64,000 bases of DNA from the human T2T-CHM13v2.0 reference genome, Homo sapiens: assembly GCF_009914755.1 (NCBI RefSeq), contig NC_060926.1; one strand, given 5' to 3'. The number at the start of each line of letters is the position of its first letter. The stretch's first letter is position 1. The position numbers were made by a program, and so were the translations under genes. This document shows positions 13,564-25,189 of the stretch, piece by piece. The notes beneath the pieces are model-generated. The model did no database searches, had not been told where the DNA came from, and was given only the letters and a program-made list of their open reading frames with translations.

Positions 13564-13730
13564 AGGGCTTCCACCCTGGTCTTGGGGTCCCAACCTGGTT
13601 CCATCTCCCTGGATCTGGAACTCATTTCACTGTCACCATCAACACCATGGAGGCTGAGGAGGCTGCAACGTCTTCCTCTCAGCAGGAGGATGAGTTTCCT
13701 GAAACAGAGACACAGGCCTGAAGGCAACTT
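13564..13730 (+). pseudogene. Ancient V-kappa relic (CDR2-FR3-CDR3), opposite orientation to neighbouring IGKV2 genes
   Basis: RASTLV/(1-nt deletion)GVPTWFHLPGSGTHFTVTINTMEAEEAATSSSQQEDEFP, then a decayed RSS-like aacagag/acacaggcctga/aggcaactt. Confidence 0.78.
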
Positions 13731-14948
13731 CCTGTGTTTACTTTAAGACTGTAGATGCGCGTGCAAAACGTATTTTCTTTGCATTTTGATCCTTCGTATA
13801 TTTTCCCTTTGTTTTGGTTAGAACTCACTCACAGTGGTTGTTTATTAATAAAATATTTTTTCCTGTTATATGAGATTCATGGGATTTATTCAACCAGGCA
13901 TAAAAAAAAATCTGCCTTCTTGAGGTTCTTCTACTTTATGTGAGGAGTTTCGACAGCCAATGAAACAGTTAACTAGTAAAAGGAGTAGACATTAGTGTCC
14001 CAGTAACTTCAAATTGGGGGTTCTTGTCCAGAAGTTTAGGAGCCCAGAAACCTAAAGATAGGCACACAGCATAAAGACAAGGCATTCCTTCTCAATTTCT
14101 TGTTCCTCCCACAGGAAGTTCTCATTTTTCCTTATTCAGCTCCCCATTTTAATTTTGATTTGTTTTTCCTAGCTTGTGTCTTGAGCAAATTCCTCCTTCT
14201 GTGACCCAACTTCCCCGTGTGGTTCTCAGCCTGTACCGTCCTCTCAATAACTCTGGGAGTGAGTTGGCATCTACAAGGCAGAAATTGGAGACCCTCATTT
14301 ATGAAGAGCGGGAAAAATTAAAAGAGTAATGAATGAGCGTCTCTGAGCTACCTCAGATTTATTTTTTACACCCTCAAATATTTCAGCTGTTCTCAATACT
14401 CATTCACTAAGAGATTCTTTCTTCTTATTACACAGGCTAATGTTACGGCCACTTTGGGAAACGGTCTGGCAGTTTCTCAAATGGTAAAACATGCAATTGC
14501 CATATAATCCAGCAATTCCACTTATAGGATTATACACCCCCAAATGAAAACGTTTGTCTACACAAAAAAGTGTATGAATGCCCGTAGCAGTGATACTCAA
14601 AGAGACAAAAACTAGAAAAAAACCAAATATCCATTAACTGATACATGGAAAAGCAAAATATGGTATGTATATGCAATAGAATATTATTAGGTCATAAAAA
14701 GAAATTAAGTACTCACAGACATGACAACATAGAAATACTCGGCATACCTTTTGGTCGGTGAACTAAGCCAGTCACAAAAGACTACATGTAGTCTGAATGT
14801 ATTTATGAGAAATGTCCACAAGAGGCAAATTTTAAAAATGTAGAAAGTAGACTCTTGTTTGCCTGAGGAGTTGGGCAAAATCCAAGTGACTTCTAATAGG
14901 CACAGGGTTTCTTAAGGCTGATGGAAACGTTCTGTAAGTGATTCATGT

Positions 14949-15391
14949 TATAAACCCCGAATATCTGAGACAAGTCTCAGTTAATTTAGAAAGTTTTTTT
15001 TTCCCAAGGTTAAGGAAATGAGCCTGTGACACAACCTCTGGTCCTAATGACATGTACCCAAGGTAGTTGAGGCACAGCTTGGTTTTACACATTATAGGGA
15101 GACATGAGACGTCAGTCAATATATGTAAGATGTATATTGGTTCCGTCCAGAAAGGCGGGACAACTCAAGCAGGGAAGGGGCTTCCAGGTCAGAGGTAGGT
15201 AAGACAAACAGTTGCATTCTTTTGAATTTCTGATTAGCGCTTCCAAAGAGGCAATAAGATATGAATTAATCTCAGTGAGCAGAGGGATGATTTGAATAGA
15301 ATGGGAGGCAGATTGGCCCTAAGAATTTCCCAGCTTGACTAATCCCTTCAGCTTAGTGATTTTTGGGCCCCATGGTTATTTTCCTTTCACA
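14949..15391 (-). mobile_element. MER4A-type ERV1 solo LTR inserted in an old L1M 3' end
   Basis: - strand begins tgtgaaaggaaaataacc...; 4-bp TSD atgt/atgt; flanks (14430-14945, 15392-15490) are L1M 3'-like. Confidence 0.85.
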
Positions 15392-16389
15392 ATGTGATTA
15401 TTGCATAACTCTGTGAATATACTAACACAATTAAATTGTTCAATTTAAATTGAGGAAACATATGGTGTATCAATTATATCACCAGAAAGAGGCTCATTTT
15501 AACCGTAAGATTCTAAGAGCAAAGAGAAGTTGGGCAAGAAACATGAAGACTGTATGCAAAAGATCTATTTATTGGGTGTGCCTGGGACCCATTGTTCTGA
15601 GAAAAGGTTTGCAAATATTGATATGATCCAACTTTAGAACTAGTGACTGACAGGTTTGTCTTTAAATGGGGTCACCAGAATTCTCCGTGAGGCTCTTCTT
15701 CAAGGTGAATGACGATGAACAACTCTCATCACGTATCTACTTGAATTTTACTCATCTCATTTCTATGAATGATATAGCAAGTAGGAAAAAGACTATGTTT
15801 TAGTTTCACCTTTCAATGAGTAAAATTGCCAGAGGCTTCAGTGCAGTCTTGGGGGTAGAAAATACTTTGAAGCAAATTGTTCTTGTTCTGTGAATATTAC
15901 CTAATTTGTTTCATAAATTTAGAGGCACTAAGAATCATTGTTAAGTACGATTCATTTTCAGTACATAGGAATTTCAATTTTTTGCAGTACCAGAAAGACA
16001 GGGTGGTGATTCATGTGTCCCTGAGGTCATTTAGACTTTGTGAAACTTGTACGTGGAACCTCTTATATGTGGTGAGATGGACTTATACCTAACATGTGAA
16101 AATGAATCTATGATATTATGAAATATAATTTGATGAGATCTTTAAAAAATTCATTTGAAGTTGATTAGTTGAAATGACATTATGCTTTTATAGATTAATT
16201 TATTTAATATTTTTGTAGGGTAAATCCCACATATAAAAAACATAACATATTCATAGTATGTACATTTACAAGTCATAAGTGCACAACTTAATGACTTTTC
16301 AGACTGAACACACATGGGTGACCACCAAACATACCATGAAACAGAACATCGGCAGTCCACAATTACCCATCTCCCTTCTTATAGTCCTG

Positions 16390-17450
16390 GCCAGAGAGCC
16401 CTAAATTCACACTGGTGCCCTGTGCCCTCCTTTGAAACCATTCCACTCTCAAGACCCTGGCATGCTAGGCCTGTGATGGGAGTGGTAGCCTGATAAATCT
16501 CCTAAATGCCTTCAGGGACATTCTTCATTGTCTTGATGAATAGTATCTGGCATCCTTACATGCCCACTATTTTCTGTATCAAAAGTTCACTTGGCCACAT
16601 CCTTGGTTGTACTCCCTCAAAAAAGCTTTTTCATTCTTCACGATCTGGCGAGACTGAGAAATTTTCCAGTCTTTAAGTTCTGCTTTCCTTTTGATTTTCT
16701 TTAATTCATATCTCTCTTGTCACCTTTTATGGTAAGCAGTCAAGAGAAGCCGTGTTGCACCCTCAACACTTTGCTTAGAGATTTATTCTGCCAAACATTC
16801 CATTTCATCACTCTTAGGTTCTGCCTTCTACAAAACACTGGGACACAAACACAATTCTGCCAAGTTCTTTACCACTTTATGACAAGAAATGTCTTTCCCC
16901 TACTTTCCAGTAGCGTGTTCCTCATTCACCTCTATTCCCCAAAGTAATGCCCTTTATTGTCCATATTTCTGCCAACATTCTCTTCTCATCCATTAGACAG
17001 TCTCTAAGGAGACTGAGGCTTTCTCTACAGCTCTGCTCTTCCTCTAAGCCCTCACCAGAGTCACCCTTTGTGGTCTGTTCGTGGCAATACAGGCTTTGCC
17101 AGCGCACACTTCCAAACTCTTCCATCATCTACCCATAGCCACTTCCACATTTTAGGAGTTGTGACAGCAGCACCACACTTCTTAGTAGCAATTCCTGTCT
17201 TAGTCCATTCTTGCTGCTATAACAAAATACTTAGACTGGGAAATTTAAAAACGTTAGAATTTTATTTCTCATAGGTCTGGAGATGGAAGTTCAATATCAA
17301 GGCACTAGAATATTTGGTGTCTGGTGAGGGCCTATTCCTTGTAGATGCTCCCTTCTCTGCATCCTCACATGGAAGAAATGTAAAAAATAATCTAGCAGGC
17401 TTTTTTGTGCACTTTGATAAGGGTGCTCATCTCATTTATAAGGGGAGAAT
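16390..17450 (-). mobile_element. MaLR (MST/MLT1A-like) internal fragment plus LTR part
   Basis: Internal-to-LTR junction ...gtagcaattcc|tgtcttagtccattcttgctgctataacaaaatacttagactggg at ~17196. Confidence 0.75.
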
Positions 17451-17745
17451 GAGATATTTCCTTGTTGCATGAGGCATGAGAAGTATATTTTTCAAGCATC
17501 CACACCTGTGAGTCTGATCAAATGTTGTTGGCAATAAAATTGTTCTGAAACCTGGCTGTGCAGCTGAGTCTGAGGAAAAAATCAAGAATCACAATAAAAT
17601 GTTTGCGGCAATTTACTCCTTACGACTTCCAAATTTTCAAAGAGAGGTAATAATGTTAAAAACCCAGGGGTCACCAAAGCAGTTGTCCACAAAAGCAGCA
17701 GCTGGCTTGATCAAAAGAAAAAAAAAATACCTATGGTGTTTGGAA

Positions 17746-17843
17746 AGGTTTTGTTTCATGCTGAATGAACGTTGTGGGACACACACTGCTATACTGATAA
17801 AGTGATAAAGTGCCAAATCTTCAGGCTCCGGCTTGCTGATGGT
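17746..17843 (-). pseudogene. IGKV3-type 3' relic (FR3/CDR3 + damaged RSS)
   Basis: TISKPEPEDLALYH...; spacer attcagcatgaa and nonamer acaaaacct of IGKV3 type, heptamer disrupted; mirror of 31921-32018. Confidence 0.72.
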
Positions 17844-18482
17844 TCTCCCATGGAGGACCTACTTCCCCATGTCTTGGATCTAGGCTGGGCTCTGGCCTTG
17901 TTTTGGCCAGTAGAATGTGGTAAAAGGAAGTCTGTGCCCAAGAGCTCAGACCTTGCAGCTTTCACCTCCCGCTTGGAGTGTAAACTCATCTAACCTATTA
18001 GTAGAGGTCACAGAGTGGAGACCCAGGTGCCAAGCAACCACCAGCACCAATGGCTAAATGTAGGTAAAGCGGTTAGTGACATAAAGAGACATTGGGGGAT
18101 GGTGAGCAGTGGAAATGGTCAGTAGGAAGAAGTATTTCATCTGATATTTATCTGATATTGTTCAGAATTGCCCATGCGTGTTTCTAACAAGAAGCACTTT
18201 TTAAAAAAAAAAGACCTTTTTTTGGTGGCAAGACACATTTTTTTTGTCTTAAAATCTTATAGACAGAGACTCTGTGGTCCTCAGGGTGGCTGATAACAGA
18301 TTCACGGCTGTGGACACCTCTGCCTCCTGGTTAGCCCTGGACACCTGTGCCTCAGTTTCCTACTGAGAGTTAGGCAAAACACCTCACCACGTCACAATGT
18401 AATTTCCAAAACTCACTGAGGTCATTATCGCTGTGTCCAGGGTTAAGGCCCCTGCATGGTCTGCAGTGGGAAATGTACTCAC

Positions 18483-18531
18483 CTTGAAAGCCCAGCACCA
18501 GGAGGCAGACGAGCAGGGCCAGGAAGCGCAT
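18483..18531 (-). pseudogene. Orphan Ig-type leader exon (L-part1) MRFLALLVCLLVLGFQ/G
   Basis: 49-nt exon, ATG to a phase-1 GTGAGT donor; mirror of 31232-31280. Confidence 0.7.
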
Positions 18532-18656
18532 CTTGGAGGGTCCAGGAAAACTGCTGCTTCTGGATCTAAGGGCGAGGAGAATGTGGTTGGGCTGGTCATT
18601 CAAGTCTGGGTTTCTCCAGAAGCGGGGCCCAATAAGCACAGGTTTCCTTGGAGTCG

Positions 18657-18664
18657 ATTTGCAT
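18657..18664. promoter_or_regulatory. Perfect octamer 16 bp inside the inner end of the left arm
   Basis: atttgcat at 18657-18664; mirror atgcaaat at 31099-31106. Confidence 0.7.
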
Positions 18665-19779
18665 GTCTGATGACCTGAACCAGAGCCCTTATCCAGGGCT
18701 TCCCAGGGCAGGCAGGCTCATTCTACCTTCAGCTGCCAGGAGGTGGTGGAGGTGATGTTGTGCCTCAGGCCTCATAGTGACTGAGGCTGGGCAGAGCGGG
18801 GCCAGTGATGCTGCTCTGTTCACAGGGCTCCTCCCCAGGGGCTGGGACAGAGGTCACCCAAGAACCAGACAGATGTCTGCAGAGAGGACACTGAGCATTC
18901 TATTTTTATGGAGATGAGGCTTGTTCTACTTTATGTTCTAAGTAGATGCCAAGTTAAAAGTTGCTCTGAGCCCAGATAAGGCAGAGATCCTAGGAGCCCT
19001 CAGCTCTCCTGTGTTCATAGGGAAGCCTCTGGGCTCCGCTGGCCTGCTCTATCACAAGAATCTGTTAGGATATGGATGCAAGAAGTGGGTGGGAAGTGAG
19101 TCTCCCTAACAGCTGTCAGCAGTAGCTGAGGCCAGGGGAGGGGCAGATGAGCCAACATTTGATTCTTCTGTCCCAATTTCTAGAGATGATTGGGTATTAT
19201 ATTCCTAAATTAGGGATTTCTCCCATCTACTGTGTCAAAATATGACTAGCAAATGGATTCTTATATACTTTGCAAAACATTTCAAAATGTCTCACGGACT
19301 CAACTAAGAAAAAAGGAGACAAAATTATAGACATAGTCATTTCTTTACTTTGGACAATTTTGTCACCTCATTCAGCCCACACCAAATATACTTCCCTAGT
19401 CAGTAAAAAGGAGCAAGTGGGAGGCCAAGGTGGAGCTTATCTGAGTCAGGGGCTACCAATCCCTCCATGAGAGCTGAAAACAATCCGAGGTCAAGAGACT
19501 CACAGCCCATGACTATGCTCCGTAGAGGCAGCTTCTCCCAGATGGCTGAGGGCTGTCTGTGGCTGTATCTGTTCTCATACATGACAATGAGGGATAGAGC
19601 AGGTCTCTATGAAATCCTGAGCAAGGCCATCCTTGTTGTGCCCCTCTGACCTGGACATAGGTGGCACTGGATTCACTTAGAGAAGTAAAGTGACTTGTAA
19701 TCATGAGAAAAACGAAAAGAAAGGGAGATGGGGAGAGAGCCTGTGGTGTGTGTATGAACAGAAAGAGTTGGTATTTTAA

Positions 19780-20250
19780 TAGTTTAATACACTGAATATG
19801 GTCCCTAAGATGCCAGGTCCTCTTCCTTGGAACTTGTGAGTGTCTTTCTTACTATTTAGAGCACATTTGTAGATGTAAATTAAGGATATTGAGATGGAGA
19901 GATTATCTGGATTAACCAGGTGGGCCCTAAGTGCAATCACAAATATCCTTATAAGAGAAGCAGAGACAGATTTAACCAAACAGAAGAGAAGACAATGTGA
20001 ACTCAGAGACAGAGACTGAAGGGAGGTGGCCACAGCCATGGAAACCTGCAGCCACCAGAAGCTGGAAGAGGCAGGGCAGCCTCCCCCTAGAGCCTCTGGA
20101 GGAGCCTGGCGGCTAACGCCCAGGTCTCGATGCAGTGAAACTGATTCCAAACTTCTGCCCTCCAGAACTAGGAAAGAATGCATTTCTGTTGTTTTAAGCC
20201 AACAAATTGTTGGCCATTTGTTACAGCAGTTCTAGCAAAATAACACAAAA
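19780..20250 (+). mobile_element. MLT1 (MaLR) LTR
   Basis: gtaaattaaggatattgagatggagagattatctggattaaccaggtgggccctaa...gccaccagaagctggaagaggca...ttgttacagcag. Confidence 0.8.
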
Positions 20251-21279
20251 TGTGCTCTGGATTTTTCCAAAGTGCAATGGTTGTGTGCAATCTTCTTGTT
20301 CAACTTTCTAACGCTATACGTAAATGGATTGGTGGAGGATTTTATGGTGAAAAAAATGCACATGAAACCCATACCGCATAGTGAGGCACCTGTCGTAGAA
20401 TAAATAATGATGACTTTTAGTTGAAAATGACATCTGGCAAGTAATATCTTACACAGCCTCTTAATTCTAGGAGATTCAGAGGTGCATAAAACAGAACACT
20501 GAGTACTTCTCGCTAAAAAGAACAGTTACATTTCATGGCATATCATCTGGTTAAACCCTCAGGACAGCCCTTGATATCTGTAGTGCTCCATTTCACAGAT
20601 GAGAAAATCTATCATTAGAGGGCATGGGTGGTTTCACCAAAGTCTTATGGTCAGCAAGTGCTAGAGTGGGATTTGAATCCAGGTGTGTCTGACATCAAGT
20701 CTGTTCTATCCACAGATGGATCCCACAGCCTGTAAAATGGGAGAAGAGACATTTTCACAGGATGCTGTGAAATTCATAGGTCCCTGCCGCCTCTGCCCCA
20801 TACCATGTGAACCCTAACATTAAGCTGAGCCTCTTCTGCAGTTTCTTCTATAAAATGCAACTTTCTCCAAGCTTTTACAACTCTGAACAGCTTTATTTCA
20901 GACGTGGAGGCAGAAGCACATCTTGCCTTGTCCTGACCCTTCCTCCCCTCTTCTACTCATTTCCATCTCTGACCCTGTCCTTCCCTCTCAGACTGTGTCA
21001 CAGATCTAATTTGTTCTCCTACTATGAAACCCCAACCTCTCAGTAGCAGTGAAATCTGACCTCTAGGCTCTCACAGATACCCAGAATGTACAAAAGTTAA
21101 TTGAAGGACTTACCCAGGAGGTTTTCTCCCTAAGAGGAATTCTGGTGCTAGCTCTCCTCATAGTAAACTATACTCTGTCTCTTGTCCAAATTGACTCCAA
21201 AGGCTGACAAGCTGGAAAGGGTTGGGAGATCAGAGAGAAACTATCCCCTCAGAAAGACAAATGCCATTCTCTCCCCATG

Positions 21280-21710
21280 TGTGAGTTTCCTGTAGCTGCT
21301 GTAAAAAAATCACCATATCCTTACTGGCTTCAAATAGCATGGGCTTATTCTCTTATGATTCTGGAAGGGAGCAATCTCACACAGGTCTCTCTGGGATAAA
21401 ATCAAGCTTCCCTGTGGACACCATGGGGAAGAGCTTGTTTCCTTGCCTTCTCCAGCTTTTAAATGCTGCTGTCTCTCCTTCATCATGGCCTTTCCCTCAC
21501 ATCACTCAGCCTCTCCCTCCATAGTCACATCTCCCCAAATTTGACCTTCCTCCTTCCCTCTTATGAGGACAATAATGATTACAAGGAGCCCACGATATAC
21601 TCCAAGATAGTCTTTCTATCTTAAGATGCTTCATCATATTTGTCAAGATCCTTTTGCCGTATAAGGCAACCTTCACTGGTTCCAGAGATTAGCACATGTA
21701 AACTTTTTAA
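21280..21710 (-). mobile_element. MLT1 (MaLR) LTR
   Basis: tgtgtgagtttcctgtagctgctgtaa...ccttgccttctccagctttt...ccttttgccgtataaggcaac. Confidence 0.65.
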
Positions 21711-22081
21711 TGGGGATGGGAGAGGCAGAGTGCTTTACAGCCTACCAATCCCCCTTATCACCCCTCAACTGTCCTCCCCTAAGGAAGAATCCAGTGTCAG
21801 GTGGCTGGGAGAAGGAGAGATCAGGGAGCAGCCAACAGCTTTATAAAGTGAGAGCTGGAGGGATCTGAGTCAGGGCCCTCTGGTCTGGGGGTTTCCTGGG
21901 CTGGGGGATTCTTCTTCTGCTGCTGCTCTAATGCAGACATCAGAGTGTGGGGTATTTGTTAGAGGCTCCTCTGATTTTGTGACCCAGAAGAAAGGAATTG
22001 GTACTTAATCAGAATCTACGAGAGATTGGTAGAGGAAAATTAAATGTTTTTTTAAATTTTCTGAAGTTCTCTACTCACTAT

Positions 22082-22646
22082 TGTAAGAGTTAAAGAAGGA
22101 AGAAAGAAACACGAAAAGTGGCTCAACAGTGAAAGACAGGTTTATTTTGGAGAATAAGCCTGAGAGGGGTGTCTGGTCGAGTTAGGTCAGGAGCACTCTC
22201 TCTTACAGACTAAGAATAGTTAAGGGTTCAGGGCAGGAGAGCTTATCACAGGCTTGGAATGTTTCTGTGTCTCTTTGTCTTGCCTATCTGGGAGGCAGAG
22301 TTTTTGTGTCTGTTCCCATGCATCTTCCTGCAGCTGCGGGCATACCCCCCAAGTCTGCTTTTAGCATCCCTTTCTTAGTGTACCAAAAGGGAAAGGAATG
22401 TGCTTATTAGGGCCCACCATTTTACTGGGGCCCAGTATATGAATGTGAAGTTTGGTGGTTACCAAGAAACTTTCCCTGCTCCTGTACCCAAGCTGTCTTA
22501 TCTGTGTTTTACTGTCTTGGAGTGAGTTTGCATGTCTGATGACCTGAACCAGAGAAGTGATTTCCTTGAAATGCATGAGGTTAGAAAGGGAGCTGGAACT
22601 TTAGATGGTGGTGTTTGTCCAAGATGACGATGCTTCTGCTCTGTCA
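22082..22646 (-). mobile_element. ERV1 solo LTR (LTR19-like)
   Basis: TG...CA ends (- strand tgacagagcagaagcatcgtcatcttggacaaac...tcttaca); imperfect TSD actat/attat. Family name is from memory. Confidence 0.75.
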
Positions 22647-23771
22647 ATTATAAAAGGAGAAGTGGCAAGAATTTGACAGCAGACACCACCACAATTGAGG
22701 ATTTGCCTATAGTCTTAGGTTAAGTTTCTAACAACAAGGATTCTCATGGAAGTACCTTAATTACAAGCGGCAGGAAACCCTGAGACAGAAGGTGGAACGT
22801 GAGAGAGGGAAGAGATGATGGATGGTGAAAGGCCCATCAGCAAGCAGCTACCCATGAGGACCACTAGAGCTCGAGCCCAAGGGGAAACACAAGAAAACGT
22901 CTCTGGGCTATTCCACCTGAAAGGTGAGGGAGCTGGGGTATTTATATACCTCACCTTTTCTCACTGATTGAGGACTGTTCTAGGGGATGCTCATTTCAGG
23001 CCCTGAGGTCTGCCACATGTGCAGGCAGAGCTGCTTCCCCAACTCCAGCGACAGCAGTGAGGCACAGACATGGCCATGAGGGGTCAGCAGAAGTACAGTG
23101 AAGGGGAAAGCCTGCGAGTGAAGACAGACTGCACCATCCATGCAGAAAAGGTGTGGATGTAAAATCTGGATCATCCACTTGTGTTAGCTCTCTATGGAAT
23201 AGGACCTTGACTGGTCAGTTATAAGCAGATGCCCTAGAAGATCAGACAAGTCTTCCAGGCAGAGCATCAACACCCATAAACCTGGGCTTCCCAGACATGT
23301 CTGAGGACCACATGATTGGCAATTATACCTTCTGTGGCAGATGCATTCTGGATTTATGTGGAGATCAAGAGAATCCTTTTTTTTCTAGTATTTGGATCTT
23401 TGCCCCCAAGCCTTTTAAAGGCTGTAGTTTAGATTCTCATTCTCTGTATTTAGAAAAAAAAAAATCCTACTTGGAATTCCAAGAGTGGCTTCTCCTTTGT
23501 GCTATTAATTCCAACTCACACAATAACTCAGACTCAGGTGTAATCATATCTTTTCCTAATAAAATCAGGAGAGGCATTGCCATGTCTGTGCTGCTGAGGA
23601 TGCGGAGAAGGAAAGACTGTTAAGGTATAGAGGAAGCTTCATGGCTCCTTCTGCCAAAACTTTCCAGTGATGTCCAAAGCATGGCTGCAATTTGAAAAAT
23701 GCTCTCTGCAGATGGAGGCACCAGGAGAAGCATCCGTGGCAGCCCACCCTCATACATCTGCTTCCCTTGAT

Positions 23772-24266
23772 GGTTTATGTTATGACTTGTAACACTGTGG
23801 GAGTTACTGTTGACAGTAGTAAGTTGCAACATCATCAGGCTGCAGGCTGCTGATGGTTAGAGTGAAATCTGTCCCAGATTCACTACCACTGAACAGAGAT
23901 GGAACCCCCGTTTGCAAACTGGATACCCTATATATCAGGAGCTTAGGAGCTTTCCCTGGTTTCTGCTGATACCAGGCTAACTGATTGGTAAAACTCTGAC
24001 TCGCCCGGCAAGTGATGGTGACACTGTCTCCTACAGATGCAGACAGGGAGGATGGAGGCTGGGTCATCTGGATGGCACATCTGGCACCTGAGATTGGAAA
24101 CATAAAAACAAATTTCCACACAATCAATCATGTTGTAAGAAGCCCTTCCTGAAGACCCAGACAGTACTGAGCACACTGGCTGAGTAAATTCCTAGTGTTC
24201 TCCTTCCTTACCTCAGAGCCAGAGCAGCAGGAGCCCCAGGAGCTGAGCGGGGACCCTCATGTCCAT
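23772..24266 (-). pseudogene. IGKV1OR2-6: IGKV1-subgroup orphon pseudogene
   Basis: Leader MDMRVPAQLLGLLLLWL* (TGA at 24215-24213) with GTAAG donor. V exon from 24087 ([27 protein letters not shown]...ATYYCQQ*) has a shortened CDR3. 12-RSS cacagtg/ttacaagtcata/acataaacc at 23799-23772. Confidence 0.9.
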
Positions 24267-24352
24267 GCTGTGTCCTGACTGGGACTGACTTCTGCACAGA
24301 GTGTGACCAGTCAATTAAGAAGTCTTCAGGGCAGGGGCCTGTGCTGTAGGAC

Positions 24353-24360
24353 ATGCAAAT
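24353..24360 (-). promoter_or_regulatory. Ig octamer of IGKV1 promoter
   Basis: atgcaaat on +, 87 bp upstream of the ATG at 24266. Confidence 0.9.
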
Positions 24361-25189
24361 CAGCAGGGGATGGGGCAGGCTGGGCACAGCTGCAGGGCTG
24401 GCTCATCTCAGTAACTCAGCACAGGGGAAGTGTCCCCAGGGTCCCAGGTCAGACCAGGGCAGCCCAGATTTGTCTGTAATGAAGCTGTTTTTTCCTGAAG
24501 GCCATTTTGTAATGAAGAACCTTTTCTTGATACTTGTCAAAATTTGAAATACTCCTGATTACTTGAGGGAGTAATGTATTCCATTGGTGTATGGCAATTA
24601 CATAGGTGAATATTCTTCCCTTTCAGAAACACATAGTAAAGTTTTAGAAGGTGGGATCATGAGGTCTTCAATATACTCTGAAAGGGAGGGGGTGTAAAAT
24701 TGTTCCTTCTTAAAAAAAAAAGAAAATTTATCAAGATAATGCTAAACATATTTGAAAATGTTTTGTAATGACCTTAAGCCATTCTCATTATTACTATAAG
24801 GTCAAGCAATTCACTGTAGGTACACAAAGATTATATTGTAAGTCCTCAAAGTATGTTTCACTCACAGATCCACCATAATGCAAGTAAGTAGACCTCTTTA
24901 ATGCTGGGGATTTTATGGGTTGCATTTTATTTTTGGTGTGGGGACCTCCATATTCAACCCCCTTTTCTGTCATCGGGTATTATTTCCCAAGATTCCTCAA
25001 CATGAAGGGCTGACTAGTGATGCCAGATCTGATTACTTCAAAATAAGACACTTAATTCTTCTTTCAATTTTAGGAGCCTGGATTAGGATAAACTTGAAAT
25101 TATCCAAGGATCAATTATCTTAAAAGTATGAAGACCAAGATCATATCCCCTGGGTAATGCTCTGAGCTGCACTCCCCGCCAGCAGGTTC

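Larger units (their letters stand above)
1..18680 (-). repeat. Left arm of large inverted segmental duplication (palindrome); open-ended at window start
   Basis: Reverse complement of 31083-49767. Base 1 (gttctgt) pairs with 49767 (acagaac); ...gacctgaac at 18680 pairs with gttcaggtc at 31083. The ORF track is mirrored, with coordinate sums 49763/49764/49768. Confidence 0.99.

Noticed and set aside
21840-21940. TATA-like ttataaa followed by an ILLLLLL* leader-like stretch
   Set aside because: No ATG, donor, octamer or downstream V exon; could be a chance (ctg)n tract.
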